Shown here: positions 30,163 through 39,187 of the stretch, piece by piece | Layout: each line of letters begins with the position of its first letter | Numbering within the stretch: the first letter of the stretch is position 1 | Assembly (NCBI GenBank): GCA_028873695.1 | Contig: JAPPNU010000029.1 | Location: forward strand, 50,383-114,382 | DNA: 64,000 nt | Reading direction: 5' to 3' | Source of the DNA: Gemmatimonadota bacterium | GTDB lineage: Bacteria; Latescibacterota; UBA2968; GCA-2709665 | Position numbers and translations under genes: made by a program | The notes under the pieces: model-generated | What the model was told of the DNA's origin: nothing | Databases searched by the model: none | What the model saw: only the letters and a program-made list of their open reading frames with translations

Positions 30163-32178
30163 ATGAAGCGAACGATACGCCGGACGGCCCTTCTGAATAT
30201 TCAGAAAGTGAGCTATTCCCGCGAACACGTGGCGCGAATCAGGAGCGAGGGGTTCACGGACATCGGCGTCTCCCTGAAAGCGGGCGAACGGAAATTCACG
30301 GGTCAGGGATTCGACTGGGAACAGGTATGTCACTCCGGCGCGTGGGCGCTGGAGTTCGGCCTGGGGATGACGGTTTTTACCGGCTATATGAAGTACCGGG
30401 AGACTTTCCTTCGGGAACATCCGGAACGGGCCATGGTATGCGTTGGCGGTTCGGGTACCGCGCTGGACAGCGACAACCTGGTACGCACCAAATGGCTGTG
30501 CCCGTTCCAGCCGGAGAACAAAGCGGAATACCTGGATCTCCTGAGGAAAGTGATCGGGCTGCCGGCGCTCCGGGAGATCCATCTGAACGACGAAGCCGCG
30601 ATCGGGTTCGCAAACGGCGACGTCGGCTGCTATTGCGACTACTGCGTTTCCGAATACGAAGAGGAATACGGGACGCCGCCGCCTGCGGACTTCGACTGGG
30701 CGTCGGAGGCGTGGTGGGCATGGGTGCAACGCAGGATGGCGCGGTGGACCGGGGTCCATGCCTGGTTCCGCGAGCAGATCAGGAAAGAGCGCCCTGACGT
30801 CATGGTGGGCATTCAGTATTCGCCGGTGGTCGTATCCTTCAATGAAAACCTCTGGCGCGCGGGGATCGATCTCTCGCAGGACGCGCTGGCCCAGGACGTG
30901 TTGTGTACGGACCCCTACCACCACAATCACACGTCGCATTTCACATATCGGCCCGCGCGCCGGATCCTGACCGAGGCGACCCGGACGCTGGCCGGCGCCA
31001 CGGTGGGGCGATCCATGAACATCTATCCGCAGGCATTCAGACCGCCCCTGGGCGGGCCGGAGTTGACGCGCCGCGACGGTTTTATGGCCGGCGCGGTTCC
31101 GTACGCGCTGGGCGCGGACAATATTACGCCGTACTCCAACGATCTCGCCCGCATCCTGCCCGGTTTTCTGGGCGGGTTCCACGAGGCGGGTAAACTCATA
31201 CCCTGTTTCGAGAAGACGAAACCCTGCGCGGCCGTCACCGTCATCAACCCCACGCAGACGGAAATCTACGGGCATCCGGAAACCGGCTGGGGCCGGAAAG
31301 CGCTGGCGGTCTGGCCGGACGTGATGAACCACGTGGGGCTGCCGTGGCGCTGGCTCTTCGACGGCCGCCTCGCGGACGCCGGGGACGCGCTGGAAGGGCC
31401 GGCGATCCTGCCGGATGCCCACTGCCTGACGGGCGAGCAGAGGGCCGTACTGCAGGCCTATGCCGCATCGGGCAACGGTCTGCTCCGGGTAGGGCGGACC
31501 CCCAGCCGGGACTGGCCGGGATGCGGTCCGTGCCCGCCGCCTGAGGGGAAAACCATCGACAGCGCGGAAATGCGACCCGTAAGACCGGACCATCCTTTCC
31601 TGGAGGGCATCTCGCATCCCGTCAAGCTGCGGTCCGCGTTTTCCGAGCCGGGAATCGAAGGGGAAACGGTGGGTGAGATCGACGGAAGACCGGCGCTGGT
31701 CGTGAACGAGGAAAACGGCGGCCGGCAGGTCTGGCTGACGGGGGTCCCGGAGTTCAGCTACGTGACGCCCGGAGACCACGGCGGGGTCCGGACGCCCACG
31801 GACGGCATTCCGCTGCTGCGGAACATCCTGAGATGGCTGGCGCGGGACGAACCGGTGGCTCGCCTGCTGCCCTACCCGCCGGATAACGCCTACCGGGATC
31901 TGCGGCCGTGGGACCGCCGCGACGTACCGACGATGGAGCTGTTTCCGATGGCCGGTGACGGCTGCCTGGTCTGCCTCATCTTCAACTACGTGGGACTGGA
32001 ATACCGGACGAACCTGGTGATGCGAGCACCGGAAGGCACCGAGATCACCTCGCTGACCGACATTTTTACGGGAACCGACGAACTGCCCGGCTGCGACGTT
32101 CGTGGAAACGTGGTTTCGATGCCCGTGAGCATGTCGAATCAGACCGATTATCTGGCCGTGGAACTGACATGGCGATGA
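30163..32178 (+). CDS. intact member of the duplicated ~670-aa family (TIM-barrel/GH42-like hydrolase? function unknown)
   Basis: The ATG at 30163 follows GAGGAAATCGA. Collinear with 5063..7078. Conserved 'WLCPFQPENKAEY', 'LNDEAAIGFANGDVGCYC', 'LCTDPYHH'. Confidence 0.7.
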   Translation: MKRTIRRTALLNIQKVSYSREHVARIRSEGFTDIGVSLKAGERKFTGQGFDWEQVCHSGAWALEFGLGMTVFTGYMKYRETFLREHPERAMVCVGGSGTALDSDNLVRTKWLCPFQPENKAEYLDLLRKVIGLPALREIHLNDEAAIGFANGDVGCYCDYCVSEYEEEYGTPPPADFDWASEAWWAWVQRRMARWTGVHAWFREQIRKERPDVMVGIQYSPVVVSFNENLWRAGIDLSQDALAQDVLCTDPYHHNHTSHFTYRPARRILTEATRTLAGATVGRSMNIYPQAFRPPLGGPELTRRDGFMAGAVPYALGADNITPYSNDLARILPGFLGGFHEAGKLIPCFEKTKPCAAVTVINPTQTEIYGHPETGWGRKALAVWPDVMNHVGLPWRWLFDGRLADAGDALEGPAILPDAHCLTGEQRAVLQAYAASGNGLLRVGRTPSRDWPGCGPCPPPEGKTIDSAEMRPVRPDHPFLEGISHPVKLRSAFSEPGIEGETVGEIDGRPALVVNEENGGRQVWLTGVPEFSYVTPGDHGGVRTPTDGIPLLRNILRWLARDEPVARLLPYPPDNAYRDLRPWDRRDVPTMELFPMAGDGCLVCLIFNYVGLEYRTNLVMRAPEGTEITSLTDIFTGTDELPGCDVRGNVVSMPVSMSNQTDYLAVELTWR

Positions 32179-33278
32179 TCCAGACCGTTGACGGAGGCAT
32201 CCTCTCGTGGCGGCGCGGGATGGGGGCGTTCATGCCCGCCATCACCCCGTTGTCCGATGGCAGCCTGATCGCCTGCCAGCATGTGGGCGAGAGCCTGGGT
32301 TCCGCGGACAACCATATCGAAGTCCTGCGCTCCTCGGACGGGGCCGCAACGTGGGTGAACGAAGGCAGCATCCACGGCGCCGGGGCGGCGGAAGACGGCT
32401 GGAGCTACAGAAGCCCACACATCAGCCAGACGCCGGGCAACCGGCTGGTGATGACCGCGACGCGTTTCGAAATGCAGGGCGAGAACCTGTTCGATCCGAA
32501 TTCGGAGGTATTGCAGCGCCCGGAGTTGCTGCTGTTCTGGTCGGATGACGCTGGCCGCACCTGGTCCACGCCACAGGTCGTCCCCGTGGACCTGGCGGTG
32601 GAGAAATACACGTGCAATGGCGCGGGAGTGCTTCTTCAACTCGCTCCGGACCGGTGGATGTACCCGCTGGAGACCTGGAAACCCGAAGGATACGAGGGAC
32701 CCCCCGACCAGAAGGCCGCGGCGGTCTTTTCCGCGGACCAGGGACGGACCTGGGGTGAGTTTACGGTGGTGGCCGACGATCCTTCGGGGGAGTTGCTCTG
32801 GTGGGACCAGATGAATACGGTGTTGCCGGACGGCAGGATCTACACCATGCTCTGGACCCACGTCTATGGTACATCCGAGGACCTTCCCAATCACTGGACG
32901 GTGTCGGAAGACGGCGGGCGGACGTGGTCGGCGCCGCGGCCCACCAACCTGCGCGGACAGGTCTGCTCTCCCATCGCGCTGGCCGACGGACGGGTGGCGG
33001 CCATCTACAACTTCCGCCACGATCCGCAGGGCATACGCGTGGCCGTCAGCGACGACCTGGAGACGTTCGACCTGGCTGGCCAGGTTGTCGTTTTCGACGC
33101 CGGAGCAGAGGCAACGCTCGGTGAGCCGGAGACGGACAATTTCCTGGCCGAACACATGCAGATCGCGTTCGGCAAACCCGGCGGCGTCCGCCTCGACGAC
33201 GGCGACCTGCTGACGTATTTCTGGTGTACGGTCGGCGGCGTCACGCATACGCGCTGGGTGCGGCTGAGTGTCGGATAG
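32169..33278 (+). CDS. BNR/Asp-box repeat sialidase-like glycosidase
   Basis: Four Asp-boxes: 'SSDGAATW', 'SDDAGRTW', 'SADQGRTW', 'SEDGGRTW'. The start overlaps the upstream stop by 10 nt. Confidence 0.8.
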   Translation: MAMIQTVDGGILSWRRGMGAFMPAITPLSDGSLIACQHVGESLGSADNHIEVLRSSDGAATWVNEGSIHGAGAAEDGWSYRSPHISQTPGNRLVMTATRFEMQGENLFDPNSEVLQRPELLLFWSDDAGRTWSTPQVVPVDLAVEKYTCNGAGVLLQLAPDRWMYPLETWKPEGYEGPPDQKAAAVFSADQGRTWGEFTVVADDPSGELLWWDQMNTVLPDGRIYTMLWTHVYGTSEDLPNHWTVSEDGGRTWSAPRPTNLRGQVCSPIALADGRVAAIYNFRHDPQGIRVAVSDDLETFDLAGQVVVFDAGAEATLGEPETDNFLAEHMQIAFGKPGGVRLDDGDLLTYFWCTVGGVTHTRWVRLSVG

Positions 33279-33321
33279 GGATTTGAGCGACAGCGACAAC
33301 CGAATATTGGAGACTGGAAAT

Positions 33322-34401
33322 ATGCGCGGCCCCGACCGGACGGAAGCCCGAGTGGCTGCCGATGTACTCGAATCATTCGTACGCGACCTGTTTCTGGCTG
33401 CCAGCGTACCCGGCGACGATGCCGAAACGATCGCCGGAGCCGTCCTCTGCCAGGAGATCCGCGGCAATACGACCCACGGGCTCCGGCTCGTTCATTTCAA
33501 TCTTCGGGGGTTGGACGATGGGACGATCCGGGCCAACCCGGACCAGCCCGTCCTGAGCGACCGGGGCATGACCGCGGTGATCGAAGGCGACCACGGCGTG
33601 GGTATCGTCGGTTGCATGAAGGGGATGCGGCTTGCGATCGAGAAAGCTCAGGAGGGTGGCATCGGCATCGCCCTGATCGTACGCAACAACCATTTTCTCG
33701 CCGCCGTACCGTATTGCCTGGAAGCGGCCAACGCGGGCATGATCGGCATCGCGCTGTCGAACACCAAGGGATCCATGGGATATCCCGGCGCCCGCGGCCC
33801 GGTGATCGGCAACACGCCGATGGGCTTCGGCATACCCACGGCCGGCGGATTTCCGATACTCTTTGACGCCTGTATGACCGCCTCGGGGGGCAGGATGCGG
33901 CAGTGGATAAGGGAAGGCAAGCAAATCCCAGGGGATATTCGGGGCTTCGACCGGGACGGCAGACCCACCGACGACCCGCGGGCCGTAATCGGCGGCGGGA
34001 CCACGATGCCGATCGGCGGCCACAAGGGCGCCGGACTGGCCATTCTGGTCGAGGCGCTGACGGGGGTACTGGGCGGCGCCGCTTTCCTGAGCGATATCAC
34101 GCCCCGCGACCAGGCGGACCGAACGGACAAGACCCACGCGGTCAGCCATTGCTGCATCGCCATCGACGTCGCGGCGTTTATGCCCGTGGCGGATTTCGAA
34201 GCGCGGATGGCGGACTTTGTCGCGGACCTCAAGGGCAGTCCCCTGGACGGCGAGTCCGATGAGATCCGGCTGCCCGGTGAAAGAATGGAGCGGACCCTTC
34301 GGGAATGCGAAATTCGCGGCGTCCCGCTGGAACCGGACGTGCGGGAGGAACTGGAGGAGTGGGCAAAGCGATTGGGCGTGCGTTTCCCGGATACCGTGTA
34401 G
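33322..34401 (+). CDS. Ldh_2-family (malate/L-lactate/sulfolactate dehydrogenase type 2) oxidoreductase
   Basis: 'GHKGAGLAILVEALTGVLGGA' and 'THGLRL' are family motifs. The ATG at 33322 follows GGAG. Confidence 0.75.
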   Translation: MRGPDRTEARVAADVLESFVRDLFLAASVPGDDAETIAGAVLCQEIRGNTTHGLRLVHFNLRGLDDGTIRANPDQPVLSDRGMTAVIEGDHGVGIVGCMKGMRLAIEKAQEGGIGIALIVRNNHFLAAVPYCLEAANAGMIGIALSNTKGSMGYPGARGPVIGNTPMGFGIPTAGGFPILFDACMTASGGRMRQWIREGKQIPGDIRGFDRDGRPTDDPRAVIGGGTTMPIGGHKGAGLAILVEALTGVLGGAAFLSDITPRDQADRTDKTHAVSHCCIAIDVAAFMPVADFEARMADFVADLKGSPLDGESDEIRLPGERMERTLRECEIRGVPLEPDVREELEEWAKRLGVRFPDTV

Positions 34402-34416
34402 AACGCCGCTGACTCG

Positions 34417-35091
34417 ATGCGAGGAGATATGGACGACCGATACCGGATTCGCCCCGCGACCGAAGCCGACCTGGACCGGATAGGCGAGATCATCCGCCAG
34501 GCGTGGGAGCCGATTTTCGGGCTGCACCAAGAAAGCTGGGGCGAGGAGCTCTTCGACGTCCTCTACGCGAACTGGCCGGAAAACATCAAGGCCAGCGTGG
34601 GACGTCACTTGGCGGAACACCCGGAATCGGCGTTCGTCGTCGAGTCACTCGAAACCGGCGAGGTCGCGGCGTTCATCACCTATCTGCTGGATATGAAGAA
34701 AGGGATTGGAATCGTCGGCCTGAACGCCGTCGCGGCCGGGTTGCAGGGGCAGGGAATCGGGACCATGATGTACAAAATCGTCATGGATCGGTTCCGGAAG
34801 GCGGGGCTGAAACAGTCCGTTGATAAAGTCGCTCTGCAGGCGAGGCCGAGCCATTGTGGTCGAAGACAAGGCGCGCGACCGAGTCCCATCCTGCGATTCG
34901 GCGAGGGAGCGCAACGCAGTATTTCGACCTCAAGGGCCGGCCGCAGCCCGGATGGACTTTTTCAACGGGCTGTTAAATACGCGCAGGTGCGAACGGGCCT
35001 GAACGACGCGCAGACCGGCGCCAGGAGGGCCTACGAGAAAGCGGGCTTCAACATCAAGCGCAAAGAGGTCATCTATTACGCGTATCTGTGA
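34417..35091 (+). CDS. GNAT N-acetyltransferase carrying a 165-bp in-frame insertion
   Basis: 'LQGQGIGTMMYKIVMDRFRKAGLK' (motif A), then a 55-aa Arg/Ser/Gly/Pro-rich insert, then 'YAQVRTGLNDAQTGARRAYEKAGF' (motif B). Confidence 0.7.
   Translation: MRGDMDDRYRIRPATEADLDRIGEIIRQAWEPIFGLHQESWGEELFDVLYANWPENIKASVGRHLAEHPESAFVVESLETGEVAAFITYLLDMKKGIGIVGLNAVAAGLQGQGIGTMMYKIVMDRFRKAGLKQSVDKVALQARPSHCGRRQGARPSPILRFGEGAQRSISTSRAGRSPDGLFQRAVKYAQVRTGLNDAQTGARRAYEKAGFNIKRKEVIYYAYL
34813..34977. mobile_element. MITE-like / structured insertion inside the GNAT gene
   Basis: Terminal inverted repeats ccgttgataaagtc (34817-34830) and gactttttcaacgg (34955-34968) match at 13 of 14 positions. It is flanked by gggctgaaa (34804-34812) and gggctgttaaa (34967-34977), which may be a target-site duplication. 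Confidence 0.5.
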
Positions 35092-35196
35092 ACAACAGCG
35101 GCACGTCTACCCAGTAGCAAGACAACACACATGTACGTATATTATGTACGCTCTTCCGAAATGACCGCTAACGAATAGCTGCCAATTGAGGTAGGT

Positions 35197-35502
35197 ATGG
35201 CGCCTCTCCAGATAGATTTGCCGCATGCCCGGATTAATGATTTCTGTTGTCGCTGGAGAATTACTGAATTGGCTGCGTTTGGCTCTGTACTTCGCGGTGA
35301 CTTTGAAAAGGACAGCGACGTCGACCTTCTGGTTTCGTTCACTCCGGGTGCCGATCACAGTTTACTTGATATGGTTCAGATGCAGGAAGAATTGACGGAA
35401 ATCCTCCAACGGCCCGTTGACCTCATCGAAGAGCAGGGGCTCCGAAACCCTTTCCGCAGGAAGGGCATTCTGAGCACCAAAGAGGTGATTTATGCGGCCT
35501 GA
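35197..35502 (+). CDS. MNT-type nucleotidyltransferase (antitoxin of HEPN/MNT modules)
   Basis: 'FGSVLRGDFEKDSDVDLLVSF' is the GSxxxG...DxD polymerase-beta NTase motif. Confidence 0.8.
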   Translation: MAPLQIDLPHARINDFCCRWRITELAAFGSVLRGDFEKDSDVDLLVSFTPGADHSLLDMVQMQEELTEILQRPVDLIEEQGLRNPFRRKGILSTKEVIYAA

Positions 35503-35593
35503 ACGTCTGGATGCCGCTATATTGCAAAGCGGCAATCCCTAATGGGAGAACAGAAACGCACATGCTGTTTCGATGACGTAGCTTAAAGCCGAC

Positions 35594-35866
35594 TTACTCA
35601 TTGAATAGGTCGGAATGGGTGCCGGTACGGATCAGGTGCAAATGGTCCCTATCGATACGGTAGATCAAAAGCCAGTCCGGTTCGATGTGGGCTTCCCGGT
35701 GCCTCCGCCAGCTCCCCCGAAGCTGGTGGTCGCGATAACGAGTCGGCAAAGGCGCCTCCCGGATCAACAACGCCAGGATCTCTCTCAGTTTGCCGAGATT
35801 CTTCCCTCTCGCCTCTGCTCGTTTAACGTCACGCCGGAATTGAGTTGAACGAACAATAGCCAGCAT
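35594..35866 (-). CDS. yafQ: YafQ/RelE-family mRNA interferase toxin
   Basis: 'FRRDVKRAEARGKNL..L..I..L....PLP.RYRDHQLRG.W...REAHIEPDWLLIYRID...L.L.RTGTHSDLF'. The ATG at 35866 lies immediately beyond the antitoxin stop codon (35868-35870). Confidence 0.85.
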   Translation of the reverse strand: MLAIVRSTQFRRDVKRAEARGKNLGKLREILALLIREAPLPTRYRDHQLRGSWRRHREAHIEPDWLLIYRIDRDHLHLIRTGTHSDLFNE

Positions 35867-35867
35867 G

Positions 35868-36125
35868 TCAGATGCCAAGATCCCGGAACAATTCATCGGC
35901 GCTGCTGAATCGTTTGCCCTTTCCCTCTTCCAGTTCCTTCATCGCCTTGACAGTCGTGGAATTAGGGACTTTCACAGTGAATGGCAGCCGTTTCTCTTCG
36001 GCTATCCGCAGCAACAGCAGGCGGATCGCATCGGAAACGGAAAGGCCCATGGCTTCGAGCGCCTCGGTTGCCCGGGCTTTGGTATCGCTGTCGATTCGCG
36101 CGCGTACCACACTATCGTTACCCAT
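35868..36125 (-). CDS. dinJ: DinJ/RelB-family antitoxin
   Basis: 'VRARIDSDTKARATEALEAMGLSVSDAIRLLLLRIAEEKRLPF' is an RHH antitoxin signature. Confidence 0.85.
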   Translation of the reverse strand: MGNDSVVRARIDSDTKARATEALEAMGLSVSDAIRLLLLRIAEEKRLPFTVKVPNSTTVKAMKELEEGKGKRFSSADELFRDLGI

Positions 36126-36229
36126 TTGAAGACCTCCAAAGTGTAGCTACAATGTAGCAACAAAGACATGGCTTGTCAAGGAAGAACCGGTCGGAATTGA
36201 CTCGAAGCGCTCGTTGAAAGGCTGCTGTT

Positions 36230-37297
36230 GTGGAAAAGTACATCTTTGCGGGAGGTCCTGCCGAAGCGGGACGGGCGCAGGGCGCGCTCGATCCGGAATA
36301 CGCCAGGCGTGAACTGAAGAAGCGGTTGGAACTTCGCCAGGACTTCAAGGACAGCTACTTCCGCGAGAACATGGCCTTCATGCGGCGGGAATTCCCGGAA
36401 CTGGTGACGCAAATGGAGGCATACGGAGAAGCGGCGGGGATTGAAGACTTCGACCATACGTTTCTGCTGCATGTTTACTTTACCGCCGCCGACCTGGACG
36501 GATGTTCGGCGCTCGGGATCATGCTGAAGGACGAAGGTCCGGCGATGTTGAGGACGTACGATACGAGTTCGATCGGCAGGGTCGAGGATTTCGTGAACGA
36601 CAAGATCCTGATGGGGTTTCCGGACGGCAGGCCGCACGGGCTGATCGGCATCGGCGAGCGGTTCGGCGTCACCGTCGGCACGGCGATCAACGACGCGGGG
36701 CTGCTGGTGGGCTGCGCGTCGGGACACCGCAAGTTCAAACCGGGCGCCAACCCCGAACACGTCAATCTCTATTTCACCACGCATCTCATCGCGCAATATT
36801 GCACCAATTGCGACGATGTCAGGCATTTCCTCCGGCAGTATCGGATCTCGGGCATCAAGGGATTGACGGGCGTGGCCGTGGACGCGGCCGGCGACATGGT
36901 GGGTTTCGAGCTGGAATCGGAGAACATCGCCCTTCGGGAACTGGAAAACGGAATGGTTCTCGAGACCAACCACTGGCAGGACCCGGACCTCCAGCGCCCG
37001 TCTCGCGAAGCCGATCCGGACTGGTGGGCGAGCGCCTCGTACTACAACTCCCAGAACCGGGTCCAGTACCTGGCCTGCCACCGGGACGCGTTCGAAAAAA
37101 TGCGCACCGTGAGCGAACTGACGGATTTTTCGTTCGACGTGCACGCGCCGGGCAGAATTCTGCAGAACCCCGAAACCAATATCGGAGGCTGGTTCACCAC
37201 CCACACTGTCTTCATGACGTCGCGGGACAGGAAGCTGCGCGTCCACCGGTATCCGCTGGAAAAGGAACGGTCCACGGAAATGACCTGTGGGGAGTAA
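36230..37297 (+). CDS. C45-family Ntn-hydrolase (acyl-CoA:6-APA acyltransferase-like)
   Basis: 'LDGCSALGI' supplies the nucleophile Cys. Collinear with the 42160 paralog ('GDACSTLGI'). GTG start. Confidence 0.65.
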   Translation: MEKYIFAGGPAEAGRAQGALDPEYARRELKKRLELRQDFKDSYFRENMAFMRREFPELVTQMEAYGEAAGIEDFDHTFLLHVYFTAADLDGCSALGIMLKDEGPAMLRTYDTSSIGRVEDFVNDKILMGFPDGRPHGLIGIGERFGVTVGTAINDAGLLVGCASGHRKFKPGANPEHVNLYFTTHLIAQYCTNCDDVRHFLRQYRISGIKGLTGVAVDAAGDMVGFELESENIALRELENGMVLETNHWQDPDLQRPSREADPDWWASASYYNSQNRVQYLACHRDAFEKMRTVSELTDFSFDVHAPGRILQNPETNIGGWFTTHTVFMTSRDRKLRVHRYPLEKERSTEMTCGE

Positions 37298-37322
37298 CGG
37301 AAACCACGATGCGGAAGGAATC

Positions 37323-39187
37323 ATGGGTCGGATGAACACGGACGCCGGCAGCGCGGACGGATTCCTTCTGATGGACGGGATCGAGCGGGTTCATCATGTT
37401 ACCCAAACCGTTTGTGAAGCCGAAAAACACCCGCTGAATCCCGTACTGCCGGTGGGCGACTCCCACGAGTGGGATTCCACGCACTGCGCGCCGTGGTCCT
37501 CGCCCACGGTCATCTACGACGATGAAGACCGGCTGTTCAAGGCCTGGTACGCCGGATCGGACATTGCGACACGTCGAGGTGGTGGGCGATGGGGTACGCG
37601 GTGAGCGAGGATGGGGTCAACTGGCACAAACCCGAACTGGGCCTGTACGAGTACAACGGGAGCAGGAAGAACAACATCGTCCTGGACGGGCGCGGCCCGA
37701 TCATCAAGGACGACGCCGAGCCGGACCCGAACAAGCGATTCAAGGGGATCAAGCGCAGCTTCGGGGGACAGAAAGTCTACGCCGGCAAAGGCGCCCGGGC
37801 CAATTATTCGCCCGACGGCATTCACTGGTCCGAGGGCCCGAACATCGACCTGCCGGAGTGGTTTCGCGGCCCACCCGATATCGGCGTGCTGGTCCGCGAC
37901 GACCAGGACCCGGATCCCTCGCGCCGGTACAAGACTGTCTTCCAGGAAATGGTGCCGTTCGACAAGCCGGACATCAAGCGCAACGCCGACCGGTACAGCG
38001 GCCTCGGGCGCGCCAAGATTCTGGCGTACGGCCCGGACATCGAGAACTTCCGGAGGGCTGAAGAGAACCCCCTGCTCTCCCCCGCCGACGGACTCGAGTA
38101 CGAAGACCATCACGTCATGATGTCGCCCTACGGCGGCGCCTGGATCATCTGCTACGAGTACGGCTGGTACGTGCCGAACGGTTACGGCCGCTACGGGATG
38201 TACTCGGCCGACGTCCGCCTGGCGGTCAGCGGCGACGGGCTGAGTTTCCATCGCGTCAATCCCCACCAGAAGGTCATCGGCCGCGGCGCCCACGGCGAGT
38301 GGGACGGGGGCCTGCTCATCATTACCGATAAGCCGGTCGTCAAGGACGGGACCGTCTACCTGTTCTACGGCGGGGCGGGCGAAGAGTTCACAAGCTGGCC
38401 GCCGGAGAACGAGGTCCCCGAGTTCATCCATGAAATGGGGAGCGGGAGCGCGCGCATGGCGCGGATGGGTCTGGCCACGCTTCGCGAAGACGGTTTCACC
38501 TGTCTGGAGACCCCCGACCGCGAGACGCCCGGACACGCGACCACCGCGCCGCTGGCACTGACGGACCGGTCAACCGAACTGACGCTCAACGTGGGCGACG
38601 TCCGGCGCAACCGCAACTGGCTCGAAGTCGAAGTCCTCGACGCCGACACCGGCGAATCGATTGCGGGATACGGATGCCAGGACTGCGACGATATCGACGT
38701 CGACGGGCTCCGGCGCCGCGTGACGTGGGGCGACAAACGACTTGCCGGCATCGGTCGCGAGCGTTTCAGGCTGCGCTTCCATCTGTACGGCGCGGCCCGG
38801 CTGTACGGCTACCGGTTTCAGAAGCAGCTATCAGCCGTCAGCCGTCAGCCGTCAGCTAAAAGCAAAGGCGAAGGGCAAAGGCCGAATAGCGGGGAGACGC
38901 GAAGGAAAGGAAGAAGGAAGAGAAAAAACAGAGGCGAAGAGCAGAAGCGGGACCAACAGACAATGCCGTCAGCCAGAAGCAAAGGCGAAGGGCAAAATGC
39001 CGAAAAGGAGAGAGTCGTAAGACGAGAGAAGGGAGAGATTGCCTGCCCAGCGATATTTCCTCTCGCGCCGAAGGCAATTACGGTAACTTACCTGGCAAGG
39101 ATTTCTTCTACCGTCTACCCTCTCCCGTCTCCCCGCATTTCTTCCACCGTTCACTGGTTTTTTTTTAAGGTGAATTCCCATGAGTGA
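37323..39187 (+). pseudogene. beta-propeller GH-like gene split by a frameshift (ORFs 37287..37604 and 37589..39187) and lacking a stop at the expected C-terminus
   Basis: ORF1 ends '...VIYDDEDRLFKAWYAGSD...' and ORF2 begins 'MGYAVSEDGVNWHKP'. Together they form the blade junction seen in the paralogs ('MMWY..x..GFAESDDGIHW'). The two frames overlap at 37526-37604. The ORF2 tail (after ~38825) is repeat-derived low-complexity sequence. Confidence 0.6.
38825..39140. repeat. composite intergenic-type repeat region
   Basis: A (cagccgt)x3 array lies at 38832-38852 (preceded by a degenerate cagctat unit from 38825). Two 32-bp direct repeats, gccgtcagcNNNaagcaaaggcgaagggcaaa, lie at 38848-38879 and 38965-38996 and share 29 of 32 positions. 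A purine-rich arm (ggggagacgcgaaggaaaggaagaagg) opposes a pyrimidine-rich arm (..cgtctccccgcatttcttcc..). Confidence 0.8.

Noticed and set aside
34900-34975. RNase P-like 'gaaaaagtccatccgggc' string on the minus strand of the GNAT insertion.
   Set aside because: It resembles the conserved GAGGAAAGUCCGGGC box only loosely. The element is ~165 nt, far too short for RNase P RNA, and lacks the other conserved regions.
38825-38996. Possible CRISPR array (short repeats 'cagccgt' and two 32-bp repeats).
   Set aside because: There are only two copies of the 32-mer, the heptads are contiguous with no spacers, no cas genes are present, and the repeats resemble the spacer at 7291-7355. I therefore called this a dispersed repeat.
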